From positions 267,887 through 331,886 of the forward strand of contig JAQGDQ010000248.1 of assembly GCA_030141605.1 (NCBI GenBank): 64,000 bases of DNA, given 5' to 3'. The notes beneath the pieces are model-generated. The model saw nothing but the letters and a program-made list of their open reading frames with translations. It had not been told where the DNA came from and ran no database searches. This stretch comes from Tubiluchus corallicola. Its lineage: Eukaryota > Animalia > Priapulida. Every line of letters begins with the position of its first letter. Position 1 is the stretch's first letter. Both the position numbers and the translations under genes were made by a program. This document shows positions 25,203 to 37,987 of the stretch, piece after piece.

Positions 25203-26562
25203 ATGGCATCTTCTCTGAGTCGGCGAGCTTTCGGTGGTGAAAATGGCAAACAGGTAGTGAAGTACACACCCTGTGCCAAGGCAGAAGGAATTGGTGACGA
25301 AGAAGATGACGAAGAACTAGAAGAAGTTACAGTAGTTTGTGGAGGTGAGGATAACGACGATCCGGATAATGCGTGTCCGGCTGCTTCCATAGATCTTCCT
25401 GGTGACCTTTCTTCCGTCACTGCTAATGGACCCCGGACAATTCCCGGGACACCAGGAACAGATGATCGGACACGATTAATTGGGGAAAGACTGAGTTCCA
25501 GTGGAACAAAAATAAACGTGCCATCTCCGATTTACTCGAGAACCAGTTCTGTTCGCAGTAGCAAGACTGGAAAATCCAACTCCAGACAGAGTCTTCTAGA
25601 AATGGTTAGTAGTAAGCTACACCTGAATGGCGATAAGAAACCCAGGTATTCCAAAGAAGACGTTTCATATGTGAATAAAGCACACGTGTATTCAGATTCT
25701 GATATTACACCTCAGAAGCGTCATCTGCGGCGGAAGGAAATCCACGAAAAATTTGAGAAGTGGGAAACGTCAACGCAAAGCAACGACCACCAGGGGTGCA
25801 ACTGGACTTTCGTGTTTGATCCATCAGGACGCTTGTGCTACTACTGGTCTATATTCGTCAGCATTGCCTTCCTCTATAATTTCTGGGTGCTCATCTACCG
25901 ATTCGCATTTGATGAAATTAACATGGACACCATCTACATTTGGTTCTCTCTCGATTACTTCGCGGACTTCATCTACATTCTTGACGTTGGAGTCGGCTTT
26001 CGAACAGGATATCTTGAAGACGGTGTGTTGCAAACGGACCCCGTGAAACTGCGTCAGCACTACATGAACTGCACGCGATTCTATATCGACTGTCTTTGCC
26101 TTCTGCCTTTGGATTTTATGTACTTGTCAATAGGTTTTAACTCCATGTTGCGTTGTTTTCGACTGGTTAAAATCTACCGATTCTGGGCCATGCTGGATCG
26201 TACAGAAAGACATACGAACTATCCAAATGTGTTCCGCGCCATATGCCTACTCCATTATTTGCTGGTGATATTCCACTGGAATGCTAGTTTTTATATCATT
26301 ATTAAAAATCTGGGTTGGCTAGAAGCCAAAGGATCAAGGGGTCACTTTGTTGACACGGACAAACTGAGACTCTATCTTGAATCATTTCATTGGAGTACAA
26401 TGACCTTAACGATGATTGGAGATTTGCCTCCACCCAGGACTAACGGAGAATACTTATTTAATATAGTGGAGACAGTGTTTGGTTTGATGATGTTTGCTGC
26501 TGTATTGGGTCACGTGGCTAACATCGTAACGAATATTAGCACGGCTAGGAAGGAGTTTCAAG
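25203..26562 (+). CDS. CNGA: Cyclic nucleotide-gated cation channel alpha-type subunit, first/large coding exon (N-terminus, S1-S6, pore). Resembles the invertebrate CG42260-type CNG subfamily. The CNBD exons were not found in the window.
   Basis: The ORF contains CNG hallmarks: FVFDPSGRLCYYW (pre-S1), RTGYLEDG, S4 LRCFRLVKIYRF...DRTERHTNYPN, pore TLTMIGDLPPP, and S6 FAAVLGHVANIVTNISTARKEFQ. An in-frame TAG lies at 25179-25181 upstream of the ATG. A canonical donor CAAG|GTAAGT sits at 26562/26563 (phase 1). The symbol is family-level only. Confidence 0.93.
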
Positions 26563-27154
26563 GTAAGTCGGGAACATTCCTGCTTATCCTCTTGGCGTTG
26601 CATTCAGAACAATTTGCTAACTGCATCAATTACGTTTCTTGTTCGTTTTGAAACGCGCATAGTCTCTCAATTCCCGATGGTGAAGCTTGGAAAATATTGT
26701 CATCAATTGATATAATGACCGGCGACGCGAAACAAATTGTCTATATTTTCCGAGAGTCGTTTTTATCATAACTTTCAGTCTCTGAGCTACCAAAACAGTT
26801 AACCATTAATAACTGCTCAAGTTCCTAAGAAGAAACTAGACGCATTGCAAAATACTTACAAATGCTGTTGCTGAGTTTCCGGATTTTTGTCTGATTTTGA
26901 ACTTAAACAAAGTTAGCAGAATTAGCATACATTTTGCAATTAGATTGAATAACATATACAGAGATCAGTGTGATCCCATAATTCTTGGGTAATAAATACG
27001 TCAAAAACTTAGTTTAGATCATTTAGTAACATTTTTAGATGCAAACCATTTCCAAAAATGCAACAGTTAGATTTCAGTCTGTGTGGAATTATATACTCGA
27101 AGCTTATAGGAAGGTTGATCCATTGCTCTTCCGTATAAATGCATTAAAGACTAA

Positions 27155-27870
27155 AAAGGAAAACAGGACTAAATTTTAAGTTATAGTCGAAAACAATCTA
27201 CCCTACAAAATATATTGAAAGAAACATAGTATTTTTTCAAGAATGACTCACATGAAAAAATTGTTACCACAGAATGGTAATTACTAGTTCTTTGCTGTTA
27301 CGTGCATTTCACCCTTCGCTAGTTAGATGGGCATTAGCGTTGACATCTCGGGGCTAAAGTTTACAATTTTCCACACACACAAGAAATTAGTTCGTGAAGC
27401 AGATTAGGATTAAGGTTTGGATTTGGTTTAGGTTAGGATTGGGGTTAGAGTTGGGTTAGGGTTAGGGTATTTAAATTGTGTGGGGAAAGCACCTCCCACC
27501 TCGGAATCGCGTTGCACAAAAACAGGTGCTCGACTTCTCATTTTAGTGGTGTTCAGTTGTGACGTAGTGCACATGTTCGAGACCTCATACGTGAGCGTAG
27601 CGGTGAACTGGAAAGTTTAATTTTAAACTTAAAATTTGCCGAGTTTTTGTATATCACACTGAATGTTGTACAATAGCAATGTACTTCACTTTTTGCTTTC
27701 GCAAACACGTACAACACGCTCATGAAATGTTTGTACTCTTGAAAATTTTGTTCATTGCTGGCGTCATCACTAGCTTATCTCGTCGGCTGTTAATTATGGT
27801 TTTAACCTATTAAATAATTATCAGCAACGCTTTGGTATTATTATAGATGTTAAAATGTGTACTTTGCACC
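27155..27870 (-). mobile_element. Family A element carrying a nested telomere-repeat TIR element
   Basis: Family A motifs lie on both sides of an insert at about 27350-27495. Confidence 0.7.
27350..27495. mobile_element. Second copy (opposite orientation) of the TTAGGG-containing TIR element, nested in family A
   Basis: AAAGTTTACAATT...TTAGTTCGTGAAGCAGATTAGG...GTTAGGGTTAGGGT...GTGTGGGGAA; flanking CATCTC / CACCTC duplication of family A sequence. Confidence 0.65.
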
Positions 27871-27871
27871 T

Positions 27872-27903
27872 TGTGTGAATATACTTTTTGACCACCCGGT
27901 GTA
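27872..27903 (-). mobile_element. Isolated Tc1/mariner-type TIR tip
   Basis: The reverse complement TACACCGGGTGGTCAAAAAGTAT resembles Tc1/mariner termini with a TA target. Confidence 0.4.
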
Positions 27904-28611
27904 TTGTAACAATTCGCCGAAAAAGCAAAACGCTTCGAGAAGCCATGCGTAACTTATCAAAGCATCAATAGCTTTGCATAAAATTATTTCATGCGTTATT
28001 TTATGAGCTTAAATGTGACAAATTGGTCGAGCATCGTCAGGTTTGTGTGAAATTATTTCCAGATTCATTCACACATAATTTCACGGTAATCTTCGTTCAT
28101 GCCTCTGTATCATTTCAGTGCATAATTTCTGCGTACTTGCAGAGCGTAAGTCGATAGTAATTATTGTGGCAGAGTTAGACTAGTCACAGAATTAAAAACT
28201 TCTCGCTTCGTTTCTTTATCAATACATTAGAGTTGTAGAATTACAAACGCATGGTGGGCGAAATCATGTAGCTTGCTAGTAATATAGTAATGTGGTAATA
28301 GCGAAACTACTTGTGAAAAAGGCTTTTGTCAATATATGTAGCAACATAAACCAAACTCTTTTAGTGGCACAAACACTTTATTATTGACTGTCTTTTCTGT
28401 ACACTACGTTGTGACTACTAGATTAAAACCCGTAACAGCTCAAATCAGTTGAAGGTGGTTAACCTTGGGTAATGCATGTCAGAAACCAGTCAGGTGAGAA
28501 AATGATTCACTGTAGTCTAACTTGCTATAAAGTTATAATGTTGCTGAAGTTTATAAAGTTCATAAACAAACTCGTGAATCAGTTCAGTTCTTTCTATTCA
28601 CGTGACTTACA

Positions 28612-29028
28612 TAAATAGGAAGAAAAGGGAATTTTAAAGTATAGGTATCCCAGAAAATTTTCTATACAATGTCTTATTACTTAGCATTGCTTTGAAAGAC
28701 TTGTGCAATTGGAAAAGAAAATTCTTAATAATTTAAAATGTCTGCACTATCTGGTAAAATGGCACTGCATCGCCATCCCAGTGTACACCACTGGCTCACC
28801 AAAAAATACACTATTATGTTTTTAAACTTTACGAAATGGTATTTATCCTTGCTTCAAATTACTTACTCTTAAAATGGCTGCACTTAACAGTCATCGCGGG
28901 AGTTTAACTTTTCAAGTTTTATACAACGTTGCTAATCTGTATACAATAAGACAGCATGTAAGTGATTCAAAATTGCAAGACGAATTTTTTAAGCTTTATT
29001 TATGAGGAGTGGTTTTCTTTTCCTTTAA
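28612..29028 (+). mobile_element. Family B element
   Basis: Collinear with the 15548 copy; ends GGTTTTCTTTTCCT|TTAA. Confidence 0.7.
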
Positions 29029-29044
29029 GATTCTTACTATATTC

Positions 29045-29245
29045 CATGCAATGCAAAGTTGCAAACTGCACAACGTAACGCAACCACAAAACATAACACA
29101 AAGCAACACAAACACGCAGCACACTATGCACCACAGCTGCACAACACAGTGCAGAAGAGAACAGCACAGCACAATACAACACATTAATACACAATACACC
29201 ACCACGCAACACAACATAACACAACACATAATGTAACACAAAACG
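29045..29245. repeat. Degenerate (ACACA/CACAA)n pentamer repeat
   Basis: CA-rich 5-mer periodicity. Confidence 0.7.
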
Positions 29246-30007
29246 CTAAACACTCTTCTCTATTTCACTAGGCGAGTGATAGTTTTAACTGATGTAAAAG
29301 CTGACTTGGAAATTTTAGAAGTCAAAAAATGTTGGATGAAAAATGTTACTAAAATCTAACATTTTAGGAACAAATTTTGATTTTACCATTTTTCATTGTC
29401 TACAGCCTCACTACAGGTTGCTGTGGCATTGGCGTTACCACAGAGAGCTATAATTTAGATAATAATCTCGTGCAGTTAATAATTTCAGCTTTATCTGTTT
29501 ACAGACTGTGCTTTTGTTTAATGAAAGACTTAATTAAACATCGGGGCTATCTCATTTGTGCAGTGTAGCAACAAGAAATCATGTGCTTATGTATAATTAT
29601 GATTTGGCATGCAGCTGAGCGAACTGAGTACTTCGAGCTGCTGAGCTGAAACCAAATGCTGTGAAATGAAGCTTTTCTCTGTTAAAGGCTAACCAAGAAT
29701 GGCCAATAATGATGGATTTAGAGAAATTTTAGGACTTAGTTCATTTTATTCAATTTGAAATTTCACTGAAATTTTCAATGATATAGCTCATACAAAAATT
29801 AGGCGTATATGCAAATATTTACTAAAATCGTTATGACAAATGCCAGTTCTAGACTAATTAGCGATTTGACATACTACTTTTAATAGCGGTAAGTGTATTT
29901 TTCTGGTTATAATTTTTTTGACAACCTTGGTAATGACCTTTGCTAACATCGTATTAGCTATACATATTGTAACGAACCCGGATGGTGCTGATCTACATAT
30001 GTATCAT

Positions 30008-30009
<2 letters not shown>

Positions 30010-30083
<74 letters not shown>

Positions 30084-30165
30084 CTGTGTGCGTGTGTGTG
30101 CGCAAGTGCGCGAGTGTGTGTGTGTATGTGTGCGTGTGCGTGTGCGTGTGTGTGTGTGTGTGTGT
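30010..30165. repeat. (TG)n/(TGCG)n microsatellite
   Basis: Directly visible. Confidence 0.97.
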
Positions 30166-30967
30166 ACGTATGTATTTTGAAATACATTTATGTAAACATG
30201 TATTTTGAGGTTAATCATATTCATCATTAGAGAGGAATTTGAGGTCTCATGACTTCAGGTTCATGATTGGTTACAGCTTTTTCGGATGAAACATTCCACA
30301 ACGATGATCGATGAACAATCGAATGTCTTTGTTTTACAACTTAACCGTCAATTATAATGGAAATTCTTTTTATCATTCTTATAGTAGAATGAACGTGTTT
30401 CGTTATAGAGGAAAAACTAGATTATACTTTAACATCAGAATTATTAAATGCGCTGAATCAGGATTACCGTTTTGTATGATGCTGATTATCGTATTTTCCG
30501 CCAAATTATTGTACTATTGCAGCAAATTATTATTAATATGCACTTAATAAGTAACTATAACACCAAAAAGTGGCATTAACAAGTGTAAAATTAAATTTAT
30601 CAAAACATAGTAAAATGTCACTAATTTCTGTGCAAAATCAAGCCTTATCCACTTCATCATGAGCATTCTTTATTGAAATTACTGATTTCTCAAGAACCTC
30701 TGACCACCAACTGCGACCACTATAAAATCAGATTATTTACTTTCCACAGGTTAGAAGTAACGTTCTAAATGTTTTCAGTGCACAATTGTTTCAAACTAGA
30801 TTTTGTTTCATATCTAAATTATTGTACAATTATCGATTATCGAGTAGTACGAAGCCTCAAATTATTGTATGTTCCGATAATTAACGTGTAAACAGCAACA
30901 ATAAGTGTTTTTCCAACGGATCATGACATCAGTGGCATGTGACAGCAGATCGGGGAACATGCATCAA

Positions 30968-31213
30968 CAGGCCTATTTCAGTCTAGGCGAGGCCCGGGGA
31001 AGTGGGGCACATGAGGCCCTATCGGGGGTGGGGGGTCTACCATGTTTGGCGCCCAGAAAATTTTTGAACTCCTATAACGTTGGAGAAGCATTTTCGAAGA
31101 GAAAATATGGAGTTATACAGTTGTTAAAGGAAAGAACAATTGAAAGAAAAACTGTTTTATTCTCAAGACCAGTCCTTAATAGTTGTCAAATACTGGCAAA
31201 CAGCGCGCGTGCG

Positions 31214-31261
<48 letters not shown>

Positions 31262-31391
31262 CAGAGAGAGAGAGAGAGAGGGAGAGAGGAGGCAGTATGT
31301 TCGCATATAGCAAAAAAATTACCTTGGCGCGAGGCCCCCCTGGAGGGTGAGGCCCCGGGGAAGTGTCCCCCCCCCCTTGAAATAGGCCCTG
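30968..31391. mobile_element. hAT-like MITE containing a (GA)n tract
   Basis: TIR CAGGCCTATTTCA / TGAAATAGGCCCTG; 8-bp TSD TGCATCAA (30960-30967) / GGCATCAA (31392-31399); GC-rich subterminal GAGGCCC repeats. Confidence 0.8.
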
Positions 31392-32670
31392 GGCATCAAA
31401 TTATAAGCGGTGCTGTGGAACGTGGGTAACGGAAGCACCAAAGATGATGATCATATCAGTGACATCAGAGACATTTGTACTGATGTTATATCAGATTTGA
31501 AACCTCGCTACACCACAGACTAACCACTCTATAGTTGACCAAAGGATAGAACAAAGACCCCGTCCAAGTTCCCATCATAGTAATGCCTTAATTTACTTTA
31601 GTTCCTCACAATTTTCTTGACTTGTTCAGTGTTCAGCTAATTGGAATCTGTGCTCCCTGGAGAGGAAAGAGAAAAGGTCTACCCAGCGTTTTGTATAATT
31701 ACTACTCGCAGTTAGTAACTTTAACTATCGCAGATGAAGGGAGATGAACTCCATGGCAACGGATTGTCATCTCTGGATGCTGCATTTACTTAATTTGAAC
31801 AGAAATTGCACACAACAGATGACTGTCGAACTCAAACTTTCTAGAAACTTTATGCAGCAAAAATTTCACTACCGATGTATTAGTGTTGTAACGTTTTAAT
31901 TTAGTACACTACTAGTACTAATAGGAAGAAAGCTTTGTGGATTTATACTACAAAGACAATAGCTGATGGCGTCTTATCGTATCTGTCTTTAAAAACCACT
32001 CAAGATAAAACGACCTTCCTTTCAGCCTACCCGAAACTATCATTTTTCTTACAAATTCTCCTGAAATATCCAAAATTACATTTTTTACGAATTTTGTGAA
32101 ACGAGTTCATTAAAATCAACTCACAAAATTATCGGAAGATAATTTGCAACATTTCACAGAATTAGTGAGAAATGTAAATAGAAAGAGAAACAGCGAACAT
32201 TTTATTTCAATTTTAAAAACATTCAGATAAACCAGCGAACGACTTTTTGTTAATAATTACCCAATAATTTTATAATGTTGTGAGAAAGCAGTGAAATAAG
32301 CTGCACTAGGATTTCAGCGGCCTACTCATCAGCATTAAAAGCAGTGGCGGCAAATCCATTTAATCTCCGCACTGCCTACTTCAGAACTCAGCCTCTACTA
32401 ATTAATAAGCTGTAGATGGCTAATTTCCTGCGGACAATGTAAAGTCCGCACACGTTTATGGCCGCTGTGCACAATAAATAATACGTTAGGCGTGCAAACT
32501 GCTGCAGACGATTTAATAAGCGCGTATAAAGCACAGCAAACCCTGATTTGTTCCCAGGGATTAATAGCAGGTCTGCACAGGGCAGAGGAATGCACGCAAC
32601 TGTAATAAAGGGATGTTTGCTCGTGTATCTTTAAGCAAATTTTCTTGAGGAAAGCACGTTGTAGTACACG

Positions 32671-32800
32671 TTAAAGCACAAAAAACACTTTTCATAATTA
32701 AAGCTTAAAAAATTCGTCTTGAAAATTTCTACCACTTATATGTCGTCTTATTGCACATAGAGCTTGCGTTAGCCGTAACGCTGTAAAAAAACTTGTAAAT
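32671..32800 (-). mobile_element. Family B terminal fragment
   Basis: TTAAAGCACAAAAAACAC...AAAAATTCGTCTTGAAAATT is the reverse complement of the B 3' end. Confidence 0.6.
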
Positions 32801-33417
32801 TTCATCCCATTCTTTACATTCAAATCTAGTTTCAAAAATTTAATAATCGTGGGTTTATTCCAATAAGAATCGACGGCGTTAAACTAGGATTTTAAATAGT
32901 TAACCAGTGTAACACACGGAAAATCTAAGGTCTAAATTAATCACAAGCGTTAATAAACTAGTCCTTGACAATGTTGTTTTGGCTTAATCGCAAGAGGTTG
33001 TTTGGTCTAATGGTTGTCTAATGGTCTGACGTTGGTTTGCACTGCAAAGATCCATGGTTCAAGTCAGCATCATTTTTTTCACATTTTTGCCTTTCAACTT
33101 TCTATTTTGTTTGGTTCCAAGAGTTTGACAAACGTTGTTGTTTTTTCCATAATTAACTGATGATCTTGAAAAGAGGAACACGAATAACAAGTTTAATGTT
33201 GTAAGTCATTTCTACAAGGATTTTGCAAGGATTTGAGTATATTTTAAATTTTAGGCTGAGTAAATTGGAGCATGTATTGAGCATTCATGGCATCTGTGTA
33301 AAATACTGATGTTGGTTTCTCAATACATGTAACTTAATTTGTGGCTTAGGTTGCTCTTAAAAAATTGCAAGTTTTCCCTCGGAATCGAAATGTATCAAGT
33401 TTCATTCTGAACAACTT

Positions 33418-33845
33418 AATTGAAAACAGGATGATTTTTCACATCCATTTTAAAGTACGACAAAAAAGTATACATTTTAACACCTATTACAATGTCTATT
33501 ACTATTGCAAGCCCCACTAGTGATGTCATCACAACTTAACATAATTTCTAACAGCACAAACATTCAATGAGCACGTTTGAGCGTGTTGCTATACAGTGCT
33601 AAATTTTTAAAAATACTTAAAAGTACAGTGCTACTGAACAACATTCGGTGTGATATACAAAAACTCGACAGACTTTAAGTTTAAAATTAAAATTTCAAGT
33701 TTGCCGTTGGGCTCACGTATGAGTTCCCAACTGAACATCTCTGAACTAATAACTATTTCACATAAGTCATTCTTAAAAACTAGTATGTTTCAATATTTAA
33801 TAAGGCAGATTGTTTTGAGCTACAGTTCAATATTGGGGTTTAATA
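33418..33845 (+). mobile_element. Family A element, degraded
   Basis: CAGGATGATTTTTCAC...ACAGCACAAACATTC...GATTGTTTTGAGCTACAG. Confidence 0.65.
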
Positions 33846-34569
33846 AGTCTGAGTGGCTCAAATGGAAAAGACTTTAAATGCCCAAGTCTGGCGAACAACA
33901 TTGCAGAGTAACGACTTCAATGCCACGTGTATACTTACTCATTTTTAATACACATATTTTGAGGTTCAAGGATCCTAGATATGCATTCAGTCAAGTAATG
34001 GGGACGCTAAAAACTAGCCGTCTACAGCCCTTTATCCATTTCAAACGAACGAATTTTCTCATCAAACATTTTACAAGAAGACAAAATTCACGAAATGTCA
34101 TTGAACTCTCAGCCAAACAACGCATCGTCAATCTAGATTGCATCCCATCGACGACGACACGAGTTTATCCTTTCTGAAAAACCTGATCAAACCAAAAGCT
34201 CTAGTGGCAATCATGTATAAGATGTTGTCGCGCCGGGGTTGCCATGTTATTTAATCTAGACGAATTTGCCTTATAAGCTTTGATTACGGTAGCCAGACAT
34301 CGATGTAGGTGCTAGCAACAGCAAGTGTGGGACAACAAGACAATTCAGTTGTTTATATGAATAAATTCATGTGGCCCATTTTCATGAACACGTTGCATCT
34401 GTGGCTTCTAACGCTCGCGTTGGATGTAAAAAGAAATGTGTGTTAAGAGATGTGGTGTTTATGCCGTGATAAAAACTAATTTCTGATTACATAATGTGTA
34501 AATGCTTTTAAAGTATACTCTCTTACTAATGTGAGTAATGTAACATTGCTAACAGTAAAACCCATGTTA

Positions 34570-34815
34570 TTAAAGGGAAAGAAACGACAATTTTAAAGTA
34601 TTTCTTAAAAAAATTTCCACATATACAAAGTTATATTATTTGGCATTACGTTTAGGTGTTCGAAAGACTTATAAAACTAGAAAAGATAATTCCTGCACAA
34701 AATACAGGTTTGCTGCTAATATAAGCTCTGTACGCAGTAAGGCACTTTGTAAGTGATATAAAATTTCATGGCAAACTTTTAGCTTTATGTAAGTAAAGAC
34801 TTTTTTGTGCTTTAA
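34570..34815 (+). mobile_element. Family B element, internally deleted
   Basis: TTAAAGGGAAAG start, TTTTGTGCTTTAA end. Confidence 0.6.
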
Positions 34816-35010
34816 TTTTAAGATACTATGTTCATAAGACTGACTTATTTTTGCTGTCTTATTATTGTCACTAACGAATCATCTTTAGTGTAATTTCTCA
34901 TTAATACTCTGTAAATACTTTACAAAAAAGTAAGCTCTTTTTTAAACTGCCATAGACAAGAAGTTCTACTCAATTGTATATAAATTTAACAGGGTAAACA
35001 CTAAAAACAC

Positions 35011-35513
35011 TTTACCAATTACCAATAATCTTTGCTAAGAAAGTTAAAAAATGAACATTTTGTGCTTAGTATTGTCATCAAACCCATAAAATTGAAAAAA
35101 AGGATATTTGCAAGATTGCATTGTGTTTATGGACGTGTAATTTCATTTTATTTATTCACTCATTTATATTATTTTATTTTTGCAGATTTCTAAATTTAAA
35201 AAAAATAAACCCATGCCGTTTACAGAGGAAGACAAAATGTTTCTCCCCAGTAAGAAATGGTCAAGACCAGGCATCGATAGATTGCTAAGGAAAACTGACG
35301 CCACTAGCATACGTTCATTTTTTTAAATTTAGAAATCTGAAAAAACAAAATAAAATAATTGTGTGAATAAATTTAATAAAATTAACATGTCCTTAAGCAC
35401 AATACAGTCTTACTTATATCTAGTTTTTTCATTTTTAAGTTCTTGATTGCAATGTCAAACGTAAAATGTTAATCTTTTGGAATTTCTTAGCAAAAATTCT
35501 TAGCAATGGCAAA
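35011..35513. mobile_element. Diverged foldback / Tc1-mariner derivative: about 205-bp inverted arms around a transposase N-terminal remnant
   Basis: 35011-35216 is approximately the reverse complement of 35307-35513. 35213-35308 reads MPFTEEDKMFLPSKKWSRPGIDRLLRKTDATS. Confidence 0.65.
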
Positions 35514-37496
35514 ACCAAAAGCCATCAATCGCAGCAGGCCTTAAAAGGGTTGTCTAAAAATGTAACTAGTGACTCCTCTCCAAAGAGTTGTACTTCATTT
35601 TAAACAATTGTTTCAACTCTGACGATGGTCTCTTATCAACCCATTTCAACACTTCAACTTGGTTGTAAATACGCTTTGTATCTGAATAATGCAAGAGTCT
35701 ATAGATTTTAAGGCAGCAATCCAAAAACCAAACTTAACTTATTCGATTAACATGCTGAGTACATGAATGGCTTGCCTGATGTTACACACATGCATTTCAA
35801 GGTAACCTATTTTGAATCAGTAGGCCTATTTGCCGTGTTTCGAAGAAGCTGGATAAAAAGTAGAATCGGAAAATAATTTACAATAGCAAAGGCCCCGAAA
35901 AAAATTTGCGTATAAATTTACACGTGTAATCAAAAATAAGCGAACATCCTACCTAGTGTTTGTCTACTTACCTAACGCAAAGCCAGTAGCCTTTACATTA
36001 GCTTTTACTGAATTAAAGTTATAAGATTATAGACAGAGTACAATGGATGACGTCAGAACAATGGCATTGCGTCAGCAGTTTTCCAAGCGAAAATTGCCGA
36101 AAATAGAACACGTAATTAACTCGTCGTTACTCCTCTCAGTGGACGTGTCCTAAAATATAACTCACACCATCGTGTAGCCCCGTTCTTCCTCCTTCTAAAG
36201 TACAAACCTGCTAAAGTCTTGCGTTCAATACCCCTGTCTTTTTGACAATTTTGTAATGCTTCAATACTATGAAGCATTAGTTTGATAAGTAACTGGCTTC
36301 CACAGTTAAATTACAAATGCAGTTATTATTGTTATTCCTCGCTACAAGATATATAATAATGTGATGTACTTAATGTTGATTTTTTTCGTATTATATAAAT
36401 CCGAAAATTCCAGATCAAGTTTATAACATTTAATTATATCAACAACATGAAAAGCTTAACAGCAAACGGCTGCCATAATCCAGTCACGTGGTCAAAAGTA
36501 TGGTTACGTCAAAGCGACAAAATAAATGTAAAGTCACTGTAAGTTAAAAGATTCGCAACACAACTTGCTCCAAAATGCTACTGAAAGAAATTTTAAGTTT
36601 GGCTAGTGGGATGGCTGCTTTAACATTTGCAACTCAGTTAAAAAAGCTTATGATGTTTGCCAGTAGGCGCTACCAATTAAAGTGGGTTAATATGTATTAT
36701 TTTGTTGTTGTTGTTGCTGCTGTTGATTAATTGAATTTAAACATAATTTTACTACACGGTTTGTACCAGAAAGTTTTTACAACTTATGCGCGGGCACTCC
36801 CCGCTTAGTAAATTTAACAACTGTTAGAACTTAACAACAAACTGTTGCTGTTGTTATGATTATGATTATGATGATGATGATTGTAAGCATCTTAATTGTT
36901 TAATATTTAACAGCAAGCTCGTGGTGACACTTTAAAACTAATATTTATCAATAGCCATGACTCTATAAGCTTGATGCAGTAATGATGCTTCGAATCACTG
37001 ACCGACAAGGCGAAATCGTTTTCATTAAATTGCGCAACTGTAGCGAAAACGTAGAGACGCAAACTGTATCTGCAGTGTAATTCGCAATAAATGAACGATT
37101 ATAGATTTACCCACTCGGCTAAGTTCGCGATTAGCTTGATTTGTGCACACAGTACACTGGGTAATATGTGATTAATATCAACTCAATTCGCGCGTGCAGC
37201 GCTAATGTTCGATCAGCAGAACGATTATGTATTTCCTCTGTCACGCTCTGTCAACTCATTTCATCAATGGCTTGACCCGATTTCCATACATCTTTGGTGA
37301 TCTCTTTGCGCTAGCGGGCTTCTGCGTAGATTCATGAAGAATCACCGGACGGCTGTGTAGGGACCGAATGGGGTTTAGGAACTAGAAAGCACGTTGGCTG
37401 TTTTCGGAGTAAAACGTCTGACAATTTCAGGTCGCCTTGTCCGCAAATGTGAAAAATATGTTTTTCATTTTCTGTTTCGTAAACGAATTTATTTTC

Positions 37497-37510
37497 GTTG
37501 CCTGGGTAAC
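37497..37510. promoter_or_regulatory. RFX X-box motif in the CNG intron
   Basis: GTTGCCTGGGTAAC fits the X-box consensus GTTRCC-N2-RGYAAC. Motif match only. Confidence 0.4.
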
Positions 37511-37987
37511 CAAGACACAGGGCACACCCTCATCTGCCTTGCAAACGCCTTGCAGCAATTTGTATCTGACACGGCAGAGTTTACAACCTGTTGGCCAATA
37601 AAACAAATAACATTTTCTTCTAGATTTCACCCTGATGCAGTAGGAGATGTGAAATCTTGAATACAGCACACAGCTATTGAGCGCATTTGCGTAAGCCAAA
37701 TGATTTGTATGGGGCAATTTGAGAAAACGTACATAACAATGGGCCACTCAGTTCCTGATTTATGTTTATTTTCTGCGAAATGTTACCGTTATTCAGCCGT
37801 TTATGCGTCATTGGAGAATCGAGAAATTTACGGTTGTGCTTCTTTTCCCAGCAGACTATATGTTAGGCATAAGCTACATTGTCAAAACAGCGTGGCAATT
37901 GCTGTTTATGTACACAATAAGCAATTTAGGAGGTACGTCATGTATAAGAATGTGATGTGTCTATTGAAATTCCTGAATATGATCTTT

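Noticed and set aside
25103-26060. Antisense and alternate-frame ORFs over the CNG exon
   Set aside because: Shadows of the real coding frame with no recognisable motifs.
26563-26651. Last 29 codons of the 482-aa ORF as genuine protein
   Set aside because: CNG similarity ends at RKEFQ, exactly at a GTAAGT donor; the remainder is intron read-through.
32995-33070. tRNA gene (also B-box-like bits at about 4045 and 4258)
   Set aside because: A/B-box-like motifs are present but there is no convincing cloverleaf; at most decayed tRNA-SINE heads.
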